Assembly (NCBI GenBank): GCA_963844955.1
Contig: CAWJQJ010000006.1
Coordinates: forward strand, 18,679 to 82,678
DNA from: Methanotrichaceae archaeon
Lineage (GTDB): Archaea; Halobacteriota; Methanosarcinia; Methanotrichales; Methanotrichaceae
DNA: 64,000 bases
Reading direction: 5' to 3'
Below the pieces are notes generated by a model. That model was not told where the DNA came from and made no database searches. It saw only the letters and a list, made by a program, of their open reading frames with translations. Position numbers and translations under genes: made by a program. This document shows positions 50,432 through 60,567 of this stretch, piece after piece (the stretch's first letter is position 1; every line of letters starts with the position of its first letter).

Positions 50432-50880
50432 AGGGCTCCAGCTCCTCCTGACACCAGGCCCGACCGACCTCCTGCCCCCGGACACGATCGCTTGCCAAGC
50501 AATCCAGCCCGCCCTGACAACAGCGCGGCAACCCCGGACGGCCCGGCCCACGGGCGGCATGCCACGAGCGCAGCCGGAAGCCAGTCAAGGTAGCCACGGT
50601 CAAGCGGCAACCGGGCACTGCTGGCCACAGCCCCGCATGGATAACGATGCTGGAAACTACCAGGAATTCCTCCTAAAAGTCTCTGTGCGCTCTGTGAGCT
50701 CTGTGGTGAAATCGTTATTTGCTAGGCAATAATTTTCTGCCAATAGTAACCGCAAATCGTCATCGGTTTCAAAATCCAGCCCCCGGAGAAGCCGCCTCAG
50801 CCGGAGCCCAGCTCTTCCTGGCTTTCAGGCCCGGACGGCCTCCTGTCCCATGGGCTGCGTCCATGAGCGCAGCCCGAGGC
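50432..50880 (+). repeat. GC-rich mosaic repeat block 3 (core at 50508)
   Basis: 50503-50832 closely matches 46057-46397 along its length. Confidence 0.9.
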
Positions 50881-50950
50881 GAGAGCCCGACGGGCAAGCT
50901 AGCTTTGCTACAGAAAAAATGCTATATACCTTCATGATAAACATTATCTT

Positions 50951-51175
50951 ATGTCAACTGCTGTTTATAGTGTTCGCATTGAAGATCGTATACGACAGAT
51001 GATGGATGAGATGTCTGATGTCAATTGGCAGGCAGAGATCAAGCAAACCGTGGAGAGAATGGTTCGGGAAAAGAAGAAAGAAAGGCTCCTGGCCGAGGCT
51101 CAGGAACTGTGGAAGCATCAAGAGCCCAATGCAATCGGTGCTGCGGAGATGATACGGGAGGATCGAGATGCTTGA
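50951..51175 (+). CDS. vapB: VapB-like (RHH) antitoxin
   Basis: SVRI...VNWQAEIK...EMIREDRD; overlaps VapC. Confidence 0.82.
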   Translation: MSTAVYSVRIEDRIRQMMDEMSDVNWQAEIKQTVERMVREKKKERLLAEAQELWKHQEPNAIGAAEMIREDRDA

Positions 51176-51578
51176 TAAGGTAGCTTTGGATTCAAATATC
51201 CTGGCAGCTATGTTTTTCAAAGAGGATGGCTCACAAAGAGCTCTGGATGCCGTCACCAAACCGGATTTGATCACTCTGGACCTGGCAATGATTGAGGTTG
51301 GAAACGTTGCCTGGAAACAGGTGACTCTATTCGGGAAGGACAGGGATCTAACTCTCAATGCTCTGCAGAAATGCCAGACATTTATCTCCGAGGCGTGCGA
51401 TGTAGTCAGAGCGCAGGATATGATGGCGAAGGCATATGATATCTCGATTGTTACTGCAGCGTCCTTTTATGATTCCCTGTTTTTAGCCCTGGCAGAAAAA
51501 GAGCATGTCCCTCTATTGACTTTGGACAAGAAACTGTACAATAAAGCTAATTCTTCATTTAATGTGCAATTGATTTAG
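51168..51578 (+). CDS. vapC: VapC PIN-domain toxin
   Basis: LDSNIL, EVGN, FYDSLFLALA, LLTLDKKL. Confidence 0.9.
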   Translation: MLDKVALDSNILAAMFFKEDGSQRALDAVTKPDLITLDLAMIEVGNVAWKQVTLFGKDRDLTLNALQKCQTFISEACDVVRAQDMMAKAYDISIVTAASFYDSLFLALAEKEHVPLLTLDKKLYNKANSSFNVQLI

Positions 51579-51634
51579 CGCATATGATTGAGATGTCGTG
51601 AAGTTATTGGAGTCTAATGTGGCCTCACCTGGCT

Positions 51635-52022
51635 CCTCAGCCCGACCGGCCTCTTGCTCCCGAACACGATCGGTTGCCGGGCAAGCCAGCGGCCCGGACA
51701 ACAGCGCCGCAAGCCCGGACGGCCCGGCCCGCGGGAAGCGGCCACTCGCGCATCCCAAGCTGGTGATGCGCCTGCGATGGGCTGATCGGGCGCTGCTGCC
51801 GATAGCATCGCAATATTAACCGCAGAGCCGCAGAGTTCGCATAGCTGCGCAATCTCTCATTTGTCAACGCTTGAAAAAAAAACGTACTGCTTTGAGATAT
51901 AATCAGTCTCCGTCCGTTCGTCCTCCCTGTTCTCTGCGCCTCTGTGGTTATATTCGTAATTGTTCGGTCATAATTATCGCCTAATAGTAACCGCAAATCA
52001 CCACAGCTTCCTAAAATCCAGT
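51635..52022 (+). repeat. GC-rich mosaic repeat block 4 (core at 51689, inverted-repeat sub-element 51818-51949)
   Basis: Matches block 2 (GCTGGTGATGCGCC.GCGATGGGC, ATTAACCGCAGAG, TTGAAAAAAAA, GTCCGTTCGTC) and block 1 (AATAGTAACCGCAAATC). Confidence 0.85.
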
Positions 52023-52130
52023 CCTATTAAAGCCCTTCAACCAAACATTGCTGTGATAATAACGTATCCGATGTCCATCTGGCTGAGATGGCAGACCTGC
52101 TACAAATCCATGTCCGGCGCCGCCGCTTCA

Positions 52131-52817
52131 CTATGTAATTTTAGTGCCCTCGGCAATTCCCATCCAGGGCACGCCATCGGTGGAGTAGGCCCGGTACTCT
52201 CCCGAAAGAGAGCTGTCGCTTCCGGAAAGGGCAAGCCTATAAAGGCGCACGGTCCCTGAAGTCATCACATCCAGATTGAGCCCATCTCCCACCAGCGAGC
52301 CGGAGGCCAGGACTCGCAGGGAGTCGCCCCCGTCATTGATGCTGCCCGTTCCAAAGAGGGCGCTCTCCGATTGATAGAGTGTCAGGGCCAGCACAGCCGT
52401 CTTGCTGTCCCTCAGCCGGAAGGACCAGTTGCCGGCCATTTCGGCAGCCGGGGATAGGGATATGATAGGCGAAGCAGCCGGGGACGCGGCATTCTCAGAG
52501 TCGGATTTTAAATTGCTTTCCGTCTGGTACGCCAGCCCATCCCCGGTTTGAATATTGCTTCTGGATGCTTGAGGCGTGCTGCCGCTCTCAGGCAGCTTTC
52601 CGGGACTGGTGAAGTTGATGCCGCTCTCCTTGCTCCACAGATCTCTTGAGGCTTGAGGATTCTCCTGGATACCCGTATAAGGAATGTAAACTCCGATGCT
52701 GGCATCGATGAGCTGCTCCGCGGACAGCCCCTCTCCTCCATCCAGGATAGCGGCTACATTGTGGGAGAAGAATGCGAGAGCAGCCAGCCAAAGAGCCATC
52801 AGGATTTTAAATCTCAT
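52131..52817 (-). CDS. Secreted protein with C-terminal beta-rich domain (paralog of 36722 and 37403 genes)
   Basis: Signal peptide MRFKILMALW; EMAGNW...LYQS...GTGSI...SGEY. Confidence 0.72.
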   Translation of the reverse strand: MRFKILMALWLAALAFFSHNVAAILDGGEGLSAEQLIDASIGVYIPYTGIQENPQASRDLWSKESGINFTSPGKLPESGSTPQASRSNIQTGDGLAYQTESNLKSDSENAASPAASPIISLSPAAEMAGNWSFRLRDSKTAVLALTLYQSESALFGTGSINDGGDSLRVLASGSLVGDGLNLDVMTSGTVRLYRLALSGSDSSLSGEYRAYSTDGVPWMGIAEGTKIT

Positions 52818-52996
52818 GCTTCTCAAGACCCAATGCCAATTATGCGACGTGACAACATAAGACTTATGGCTTGAGAGTGCAGCAGAGATAGAGCCGGTCG
52901 GATGGCAATCAAAATTAAATGTCCACAGAGCATAGTAGTATTTCGGTGAAAGAGATGAAGAGATGAAGGACTGCAATATCATGGGGATGATTTAAG

Positions 52997-53731
52997 ATGG
53001 TTCGTATGTCTCGAAGCAGATACATTAAGGCCGGGCTTTTTGCCCTCATTTTTGCCGGCATGCTGGCCTTTGGATCAATGGCACAGCCAGATGCATTAAC
53101 CCCGGCAAGGGCGGAATCAAGCGCGTTCATAGATGCCGGCTGCCTCTTCGATGGCTACAGTCTTAATTGCAGCAGCTTAGGACTCGGGCAGCGATTTGGC
53201 TGCATGCAGATCTATAATGCGTCTACTGCTCTCCGAAGCCTCTCCCCCCGGCTGCCTGTGGTCGAATGCCTCTTTCTCAGTGAAGATTTCCATTCCCAGG
53301 ATGATTCCGAGGAAGGCATAATCCGGGAGGGCTGCATGATGCCTGCCTACCGGAGATATATCATCAAGCAGGGGGAGGAATTCATTCTGATTCGCACCAA
53401 AGAGGAATTCCTATCCATATTTGCGCCGGTCGAGACCAAGGAGGAGGCATTAGCTTTTGCCGTGGCACTGACAAGCTCATCGCCCAGATACGATGATTCC
53501 GTCCCGGAGGGCTATTTTGCAGTGGCATCTTCAATGGAGCATCCCCTAAACTCGGCATACTTGGAAGAGACTCCGGAGGGCTTTAGAGTCCGTCTATTCG
53601 ATAGCGAAATATGCGGCTGCGGCACTCATCCGTATTATGCCGTTGATTATCTGGTCACAAAGGCCGGAGATGTGACGGAGCTATCGAGGCAGAAGGTATT
53701 CGACAGCACAAACCAGATTTGCGTGGACTGA
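52997..53731 (+). CDS. Secreted Cys-containing hypothetical protein
   Basis: Signal peptide; FAPVETKEEALAFAVALT, ICGCGTHPY. Confidence 0.7.
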   Translation: MVRMSRSRYIKAGLFALIFAGMLAFGSMAQPDALTPARAESSAFIDAGCLFDGYSLNCSSLGLGQRFGCMQIYNASTALRSLSPRLPVVECLFLSEDFHSQDDSEEGIIREGCMMPAYRRYIIKQGEEFILIRTKEEFLSIFAPVETKEEALAFAVALTSSSPRYDDSVPEGYFAVASSMEHPLNSAYLEETPEGFRVRLFDSEICGCGTHPYYAVDYLVTKAGDVTELSRQKVFDSTNQICVD

Positions 53732-53931
53732 ATGAATATAATAAAAAGTACGGATATCCTCTCAGCCTTCCTTATTCTCTTCTTTTCGAGCAGATCCCGG
53801 AAGTACTTGACCATTTGAAACGTACATGCCCTTGGAGCAGCTCCCGGAGGTGTAGTCACGGAAATGGGTAGTCGGAAACAAAATCTATAAATAAGATTAA
53901 ATAGGCATTCACGTTCCTCCGAGGCTGTGGC

Positions 53932-54597
53932 ATGAAGATTGCTCTTGTAGGTGGAACTGGGGATATCGGGACAGGCTTTGCCGTTCGCTGGTCTGCAAAT
54001 CATGAGATCATCATAGGATCGCGTAGGCCCGAAAAGGCCAAACAGAGCGCGGCTGCCATCCTGCAGATGCTCGATTGCAGAGGATATATTTGGGGCACGG
54101 ATAACGGCAGCGCCATAGCCGGGGCAGACGTAGTAGTGCTATGCCTTCCCTATGAGCATCTGTTATCCGTGACAGGAGATTTGGCCGGATGCTACGCAGG
54201 CCAGGTGGTCATATGCCCGATAGTGCCCATGAGCTACAACGGCAAGTTCTTCGAATACAAACCGCCAGCAGAGGGCAGCGCTGCCCTGCAAGCTAAATCT
54301 CTGCTTCCCCAGGATCTGAGAATTGTATCCGGTTTTCATACAATCTGCGCAGCAGCCTTGCAGGATAAAGCGAGAGAATTGAAAGGAGATACGTTCCTTT
54401 GCAGCGACGATGCGGGGGCATTGGAGATCGCAGCTGGCCTGGCACAGGAGATAAGGAGCCTGCGGCCGCTCTTAGCCGGGCCCCTGGCAGCCTCAAATCT
54501 GGTGGAAAGCCTGACCCCAATGCTGCTCAATGCCGCCCGCAAGAATAAGATAAGAAACGGCGGGATCTCAATAGTATCAGAGCGGGGAGGAGCATAA
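53932..54597 (+). CDS. npdG: F420-dependent NADP oxidoreductase
   Basis: IALVGGTGDIG, IGSR, EGSAA, SGFHTI, VESLTPML. Confidence 0.9.
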   Translation: MKIALVGGTGDIGTGFAVRWSANHEIIIGSRRPEKAKQSAAAILQMLDCRGYIWGTDNGSAIAGADVVVLCLPYEHLLSVTGDLAGCYAGQVVICPIVPMSYNGKFFEYKPPAEGSAALQAKSLLPQDLRIVSGFHTICAAALQDKARELKGDTFLCSDDAGALEIAAGLAQEIRSLRPLLAGPLAASNLVESLTPMLLNAARKNKIRNGGISIVSERGGA

Positions 54598-54619
54598 AAA
54601 ATCCTTTTGCGATTGCTGC

Positions 54620-54847
54620 TTACCTGCCAAAGATTCTATATTTTGCCATTTTCTCTCGTCCCAGCATGATTACCGCTAGCCAGAATGATGCCTCTCCCAA
54701 AATGACAAGCAAGGACGATAATAGTATCTTGTTTTTGGCAGACAATGAGGCGAGCGGTACGAGCAAGAGACATCCGTAAAAGGCAAAAGAGAGGACAACT
54801 AATGATCCGCCCAGCCACTTCTTCCTGCTTTGCAGAGCTTTGCACAT
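54620..54847 (-). CDS. Small two-TM membrane protein
   Basis: Hydrophobic segments, LGEASFW..MLGRE. Confidence 0.6.
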   Translation of the reverse strand: MCKALQSRKKWLGGSLVVLSFAFYGCLLLVPLASLSAKNKILLSSLLVILGEASFWLAVIMLGREKMAKYRIFGR

Positions 54848-54853
54848 GGCCCT

Positions 54854-55348
54854 TCATTCTATCTGCATCATGCTGGCCAGTGCCTTTTCCAGCTTTTTCC
54901 TTGTCCTGGCATCGGGACTAAGCAGAAAATCCAGATCTCTTTCAATTCTCTTGTAGCTCTCCTGCATGGCAGGGCAATCCTCGTAAATCTCCACACCTTG
55001 CAGCCCAATTTGGCCAGGGCTTAAGAAAGGGCTGCACCTGCAAACCATCGGCCTGGCCGGATATATTTTGCATCCCTTCTTTGTCTCATCAAAAAAACGG
55101 CATGGAGCACTTGATTTAAATGCCAGCAGATCCGGCTCGCTGGGGTGAGGGATGGTGTATTCCTCGATCACTTCTTCCACGGAGATATTAAAATGGCTCG
55201 CCAATCTTCGAATATCCTTGGGATAGATGTCTATGGGATCGGCTACCTGGCAGCAAATGCCGCAGCGCTGGCATTGAAAATCCAGCTGGACTGAGATGCG
55301 CAGATAATCGTAGGGATCTAATGGCATATTATCACGGTTGTTTAGCAC
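54854..55348 (-). CDS. YkgJ/CxxCxxCC cysteine-cluster protein
   Basis: FQCQRCGICC, PCRFFD, CKIYPARPMVCR. Confidence 0.88.
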   Translation of the reverse strand: MLNNRDNMPLDPYDYLRISVQLDFQCQRCGICCQVADPIDIYPKDIRRLASHFNISVEEVIEEYTIPHPSEPDLLAFKSSAPCRFFDETKKGCKIYPARPMVCRCSPFLSPGQIGLQGVEIYEDCPAMQESYKRIERDLDFLLSPDARTRKKLEKALASMMQIE

Positions 55349-55442
55349 ACGAAAGACTGATGGTCTATAAATAAGATCCTGGATCGGAACTTTCTGTTGT
55401 CAGAAGTCGGTTATCCGCAACTCGATAGACAGAACTCGATCT

Positions 55443-55883
55443 TCAGAAGTCAATCCTCGGGATCTCCCCTTCTCTCATATTCTCGGCCATGCTCCAGAAC
55501 CATGCCTTGCCTTTAGGAATGCGGAAAATAGCAAGCACCGGGTCGCTGGGGCTCTTCATCAGAGCCTTGAGAAAAGGCCGCTCCTCCAAGAGCCTGGCCC
55601 TAAGTCTGGCATTATCCAGAAATTCCACTTCACCAGTCACACGCATCGTATTTTTTGCCATCATGTCTTCTCCCGCCCGGTAGAAGCAGACCTCCACACT
55701 GGGATTGTTCTTCAGCTGCCTGTAGACCCTCTTTGCCGTTCCCGTATGATAGTAAAAGCCGCTCTCATCGGCAAACCACATCAAAAAGGCTCTTACCCTG
55801 GGCTGCTCGCCATCCATGGTGGCTATGAAGCTGACGGGATTTTCATTGGCGAATTTTATACAGTCTTTGAAATCCATCTGCAA
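55443..55883 (-). CDS. Pyridoxamine 5'-phosphate oxidase family protein
   Basis: IATMDGEQPRVR, KRVYRQLKNNPSVE. Confidence 0.85.
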   Translation of the reverse strand: MQMDFKDCIKFANENPVSFIATMDGEQPRVRAFLMWFADESGFYYHTGTAKRVYRQLKNNPSVEVCFYRAGEDMMAKNTMRVTGEVEFLDNARLRARLLEERPFLKALMKSPSDPVLAIFRIPKGKAWFWSMAENMREGEIPRIDF

Positions 55884-56000
55884 AACACCTTGGCAAAGCT
55901 GTTTGAATCATAGTATAGATCTTTCTCATCGGTATTGAAATTAACTGCTAATCGCATAATCGAGAAGACTTATATTGTAATAGTAATAATATTGCTTGTG

Positions 56001-56552
56001 ATGCTGAACATAACAGATCTGAGCGACAATCAGCTTTACGTGGATAGCGACCGCTGGCAGTGCAGCTTCGGATATGGAGAGCCGGTGAGGCTCGGTCTGG
56101 TCCTGGAGGCCGTTGACCTTGCAAAGAATGGTGAGGAGGATTTCACCTACGTCATCGACGCCAGCCTCATCCCCCAGTTCGATTTTCTCGATAAAGAGAT
56201 TGCTGAGGAGGCAAAGGCCGAGGGCCTGCTGACCAGAGAAGAGCTTTTGCGATATGCCTACGAGTGCTATGGCGGTGTGCCCGTGAACATCGATGCCGTG
56301 CAGCCTCCCAAAGCCTCCTGCGGCATGTCCGGCTTCGTAGCCAGGAGCAATATCAGCACCGTGATTGCCGGGACCGGCGAGGAGATGGAGACCCGCCACT
56401 TCCAGGATCTGGTGGAGGCCATGTCCTTCGCTCGCGACTTTTATGCCGTTTATGCTCCAGTCATCTTCGGCTTTATTGATGTGGTGCTGGACCATCCTCT
56501 TCGAGCAGGAGGAACCGGCTGGGACAAGATCAGGCAGATGGCCAGGAAATAG
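56001..56552 (+). CDS. Hypothetical protein
   Basis: Long ORF with coding-like composition; ATG start chosen. Confidence 0.6.
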   Translation: MLNITDLSDNQLYVDSDRWQCSFGYGEPVRLGLVLEAVDLAKNGEEDFTYVIDASLIPQFDFLDKEIAEEAKAEGLLTREELLRYAYECYGGVPVNIDAVQPPKASCGMSGFVARSNISTVIAGTGEEMETRHFQDLVEAMSFARDFYAVYAPVIFGFIDVVLDHPLRAGGTGWDKIRQMARK

Positions 56553-56661
56553 AATTCAGTGCCTGACATCTGTACTGCATCCTTAAATACGGTAAACGTC
56601 GGATATTTAAAGGTCAGAGGTCGACAAGCAAAGATCTCCGAGTACTGATAGAGGAATTGAC

Positions 56662-57003
56662 ATGCCGTACTTTCATATGATGGACTGGTTCCCTTTCATG
56701 GGATTTGGGACAGCCTTTGCCTGGCTGGTATCGCTGGCCATAGCCTACCTGGTCTACAAGGATGCTGAAAAAAGAGGCATAAATGGGCTGCTATGGGCTT
56801 TACCGATCTTGATACCCTGGATCGGGGTACTATTCGTAATAATGTATCTTATCTTGCGCGATTCGGGGCGCGGTAAATCCGCCGAGAGCGGCGCGACTGC
56901 CAAATCCACTCCGGAAGATATTTTGGACGAGAGATATGCCAGAGGAGAGTTAACCCGAGAGCTCTATCTGCAGATGAAGGAAGACCTCAAGAAGCCCCTC
57001 TAA
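56662..57003 (+). CDS. Membrane protein with SHOCT domain
   Basis: VYKDAEKRG TM hairpin; ILDERYARGELTRE. Confidence 0.8.
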   Translation: MPYFHMMDWFPFMGFGTAFAWLVSLAIAYLVYKDAEKRGINGLLWALPILIPWIGVLFVIMYLILRDSGRGKSAESGATAKSTPEDILDERYARGELTRELYLQMKEDLKKPL

Positions 57004-57029
57004 CTGATGGCAACGGAGTGCTTCGCATA

Positions 57030-57142
57030 GTCCTCTGTGCGCTTCTAGCGCCTCTGCGGTTGAAATGTCGTTAGACACTGGTTATGACTAATGCTTGCGG
57101 AGTAAAACCGCAGAGTCGCAGAGTTCGCAGAGTTGCGCATAG
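57030..57142. repeat. Isolated copy of the CTCTGCGGTT/AACCGCAGAG inverted-repeat module
   Basis: CTCTGCGGTT (57052) and AACCGCAGAGTCGCAGAGTTCGC (57106) between convergent genes. Confidence 0.7.
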
Positions 57143-57197
57143 AAGAACAAAGCATTCCTTACCCACACCATATAGCGAAGAGCCATTAGAATAGAAC

Positions 57198-59135
57198 TTA
57201 TAGGACGAATGCCACTTCCTCCCACGCCTTTTTCAGCAGCTTCCTATAATATGCAGCATCAAATTCCGATGCAGATCTTTCAATTTCCACCTCCCATTTG
57301 GCGGCATCTTTTACCACATATCCGATCTCCATGCCAGGAGCCAATTGCAGTCCGCTTCTCTGATATGCCTGCACCGCCGATGCCTCAGCGCATCTTCGCG
57401 AATAGTTCGTCCTGCTCAACCTGCGATGGATGGCAAGCTCACTTACATCCGCATCAGCCAGTCCGCACATGTATTTCGCGAGAACCTCCTGTGCCATAGG
57501 CTCTATCTCGCGTAGCTCCTTGCAGCTCTTGGCTGGAGCCAGTACCTCGAACAGCTCCGTCTGCATCCGGCGCACATACTCCGGGGTATCTCCTTTGCGA
57601 GCCATGACTCCCCGGACCTTCATCTTGCCTGTATCCAGCCTTCCAAAGTAGCGGTTATATGCTCCAAATCCATCAGCCATAGGAAGGAAGGCGATCCAGT
57701 CATAGGAATCCACCTCAGTAAGGATGCCGGTCTCCTTCTCCACAGCCTCCTTATAATCCGATATCGGCTCTCCAATCACCCAGAGGCAGTCCACAATGCC
57801 GTGCAGCACCTGCAGGCCCATATCCTCTGCCAGCTCCTTGATCTGCATGAGAAGCTCCCTGGAGATGCCTGTGATCCTCTCATGAACCTGGATCTGCCCG
57901 AACTTAGCATTTCGATATCCCGTGTAGCCAAAACAGGTGACAAGCATCCACTTCAGGATAGAGTCGATGCCCGCATAATCCGGGTTGGCTTTCTTCCGTC
58001 TCTTAGTCTCGATGCGCAGGCTCAGTAACGAAGAGAGCACAGTGCACAGGAAGCCCTTCATATCAGGATGCTCGATAGTCTCCGGGGATAGATTATACTT
58101 CACGATGATCGAGGGGTAAAGTGAGGTGAAATCGATCTGGTGCACCTTCTCATATACCCCGGGTTCCGGCTGGAATATCATCCCGCCTTTATCGCAAGCC
58201 TTCAGCTCCGAGATGCTCCTTACGCTTTCTGCATCCCGCTTCCTGAATGGCACAGCTACCCCCCGGCGCAGTGCCTCAAAAACCTCATAACTGGATATGA
58301 GTGTGCCTGGAGTGAATCGAGAGGTCAGGTTGGGAGAGAGCCCGGAGAGCCGGGATGCCATCATGACCCCTTTCAGTCCGCCCTCAGCATAAACGAAGCT
58401 CCTGGCAGTGTCGATAAGCACCCTTCCCTCCGGAATCATGGCACCACCCTTGTGGTTGACTTTTCCATAGCTGCAGTACGACCTGGATGCCATCTGCTTG
58501 AAGAAGCCGGTGCGGCTGATGGATGGCTGCAAGCCGTATCTTTTTGCCTTGACAGCTATGAGCGGAATCCAGGTATCAGCATGGGGGCAGAGGATCAGGT
58601 CCGGGTCATGTGACTTGATATGCTCCAGGAGATCGGAGATGACCGTCCTCTCCGGTCCTTCCAGTCTTCTCGTTCTGCCATTTATTATCTGCACGCATGA
58701 GATCTCCCCGGGCATGAAAGGATCACCATCTACATGTATTTCCAGGCTGGTCAGGGAAACTTCAAAGTCGGGCGAGAACCTGGATTCATCCCGTTCTCCG
58801 CAGGGAAAGATGTCATGCTCTGCCATGTATCTCTGATCCTGCCGGACATCCACATTGTAGAGCTCGGCTTCATAGCGGGTCTGTATCTCGATCTTTTCTG
58901 CCACCTTCCTGCCGGCGAAGACTCTATGGCCCTGAAAGGTTCCAAAGATCGTCCTGAAGCTGCAATCCTCGACCCTATACCGGCTTTCCAGACCTTCGAT
59001 CATCTCCAAATGGGCAGGTGGGTCGTTGAGGTGCATGTAAAATGATGGAGGATAGGCTGCACTGGTCCTGGTCAATCCGTTCTCTCTGCCCCATAGCTCT
59101 ACGAAGCCCCTGTAGTACGAGTCGAAAATCCACAT
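57198..59135 (-). CDS. Family B DNA polymerase, PolB2-type with divergent motif C
   Basis: DFTSLYPSII, KWMLVTCFGYTG, HGIVDC in place of YGDTDS. Confidence 0.88.
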   Translation of the reverse strand: MWIFDSYYRGFVELWGRENGLTRTSAAYPPSFYMHLNDPPAHLEMIEGLESRYRVEDCSFRTIFGTFQGHRVFAGRKVAEKIEIQTRYEAELYNVDVRQDQRYMAEHDIFPCGERDESRFSPDFEVSLTSLEIHVDGDPFMPGEISCVQIINGRTRRLEGPERTVISDLLEHIKSHDPDLILCPHADTWIPLIAVKAKRYGLQPSISRTGFFKQMASRSYCSYGKVNHKGGAMIPEGRVLIDTARSFVYAEGGLKGVMMASRLSGLSPNLTSRFTPGTLISSYEVFEALRRGVAVPFRKRDAESVRSISELKACDKGGMIFQPEPGVYEKVHQIDFTSLYPSIIVKYNLSPETIEHPDMKGFLCTVLSSLLSLRIETKRRKKANPDYAGIDSILKWMLVTCFGYTGYRNAKFGQIQVHERITGISRELLMQIKELAEDMGLQVLHGIVDCLWVIGEPISDYKEAVEKETGILTEVDSYDWIAFLPMADGFGAYNRYFGRLDTGKMKVRGVMARKGDTPEYVRRMQTELFEVLAPAKSCKELREIEPMAQEVLAKYMCGLADADVSELAIHRRLSRTNYSRRCAEASAVQAYQRSGLQLAPGMEIGYVVKDAAKWEVEIERSASEFDAAYYRKLLKKAWEEVAFVL

Positions 59136-59376
59136 GATCTTGCTCCTCTTGCTCCAGGCGAGATGATAAGGACGAGGCATGCAGGGCGAAAGTGGTTGAT
59201 AGTCGATCGAAAACTATTTATTCTCGGCAATTGTCTACATAGTTTAAGGCGAAAGTCGATAAGGGTTTCCCTCCTACCTCCTTTTACCCTTCCCGGCTTT
59301 CTCCTCCCTCCTTTTCACATCATCTGTGGGAAAAATTATATTTCTTAATGATCCCTTCTCTATACGGTGATTGATT

Positions 59377-60564
59377 ATGGACAAAGAGCCGCACTTCGCC
59401 ACCCGTTGCGTTCATGCCGGAGAGGGGCACCATCCCTTCGGCGCTCACGCCACCCCCATTTACCAGACCTCCACATACGTCTTTGACAGCGCCGAGCAGG
59501 CGGCGGCAGCCTTTTCCGGCGGCCCGGGATACAGGTACGTCCGCTCCCCGCCCCATACGCCCACCCATGCCGCATTCATCGAGAAGATCTGCTCTTTAGA
59601 AGGCGGGCAGGCGGGCCTGGCCTTCTCCTCGGGCATGGCTGCGGAGACGGCGCTCGTCCTCTCCTTGCTGCAGAAGGGCGATCACCTGCTCTCCACTGAT
59701 GTCATCTACGGCGGAACCTATGGCCTCTTCTCCTCAATTCTCCCCAAATTCGGAATCGAGGTCAGCTTTGTGGACACCACCGAGCCTGAAAAGGTAAAAG
59801 CCGGGCTGCGGGAGAGCACGAGGCTGATCTTTCTGGAGACGCCAGCCAATCCCACCATGGCCGTGAGCGATATCGCCCAGATCGGCAAGATCGCCCATGA
59901 GGCGGGGGCCAGGCTGGCTGTGGACAACACCTTTGCCACGCCTTACTTCCAGCGGCCGCTGGCTCTGGGCGCGGACGCTGTCGTGGAAAGCTGCACCAAG
60001 TACATCGGCGGGCATGGCGACCTTCTGGGGGGCGTGGCCGTGGGCCCGGAGGAGCTGATATCATCCATGAAGCGCACCGCCCTCCTGACCGGCGGCACCA
60101 TGGGAACGCACGAGGCCTGGCTCTGCCTGAGGGGTTGCAAGACACTGCACCTGAGGATGGAAAGGCATGCTGAGAATGCCCTTGCTCTGGCACAGTTTCT
60201 GGAAAAGCATCCAGCCGTGCAAAAGGTCAACTATCCGGGCCTTCCCAGCCATCCCGGGCATGCCCTGGCGAAGAGGCAGATGAGCGGCTGGGGTGGCATG
60301 CTCTCCTTCGAGGTGAAAGGCGGAGTGGATGCAGGCCGCAGGCTCATGAACCGGCTGAAGCTGTGCAGCCTGGCGGTCAGCTTGGGCAGTGTCGATACCC
60401 TGGTCGAGCATCCCGCCTCCATGACCCATGCCGTCATGCCCAAAGAGATGCGGGAAAAGATGGGAATTGCGGACGGCCTGGTGAGGGTCTCGGTGGGCAT
60501 CGAGGATAAAGATGACATCCTGGCCGACTTTGCCCGGGGCCTGGATGAGATGGGAGGGAATTGA
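59377..60564 (+). CDS. Cys/Met metabolism PLP enzyme (methionine gamma-lyase-like)
   Basis: PIYQTSTY, FSSGMAA, ETPANP, DNTF, SCTKYIGGHGD, SLGSVDTL..HPASMTH. Confidence 0.9.
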   Translation: MDKEPHFATRCVHAGEGHHPFGAHATPIYQTSTYVFDSAEQAAAAFSGGPGYRYVRSPPHTPTHAAFIEKICSLEGGQAGLAFSSGMAAETALVLSLLQKGDHLLSTDVIYGGTYGLFSSILPKFGIEVSFVDTTEPEKVKAGLRESTRLIFLETPANPTMAVSDIAQIGKIAHEAGARLAVDNTFATPYFQRPLALGADAVVESCTKYIGGHGDLLGGVAVGPEELISSMKRTALLTGGTMGTHEAWLCLRGCKTLHLRMERHAENALALAQFLEKHPAVQKVNYPGLPSHPGHALAKRQMSGWGGMLSFEVKGGVDAGRRLMNRLKLCSLAVSLGSVDTLVEHPASMTHAVMPKEMREKMGIADGLVRVSVGIEDKDDILADFARGLDEMGGN

Positions 60565-60567
60565 ATT

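Noticed and set aside
45946-52022. CRISPR array interpretation of the repeats
   Set aside because: Repeats are long and degenerate, the intervals are whole gene pairs, and no cas genes are present.
59267-59317. Pyrimidine-rich tract between polB2 and the PLP enzyme gene
   Set aside because: Low-complexity divergent promoter region with no repeat unit or structure I can support.
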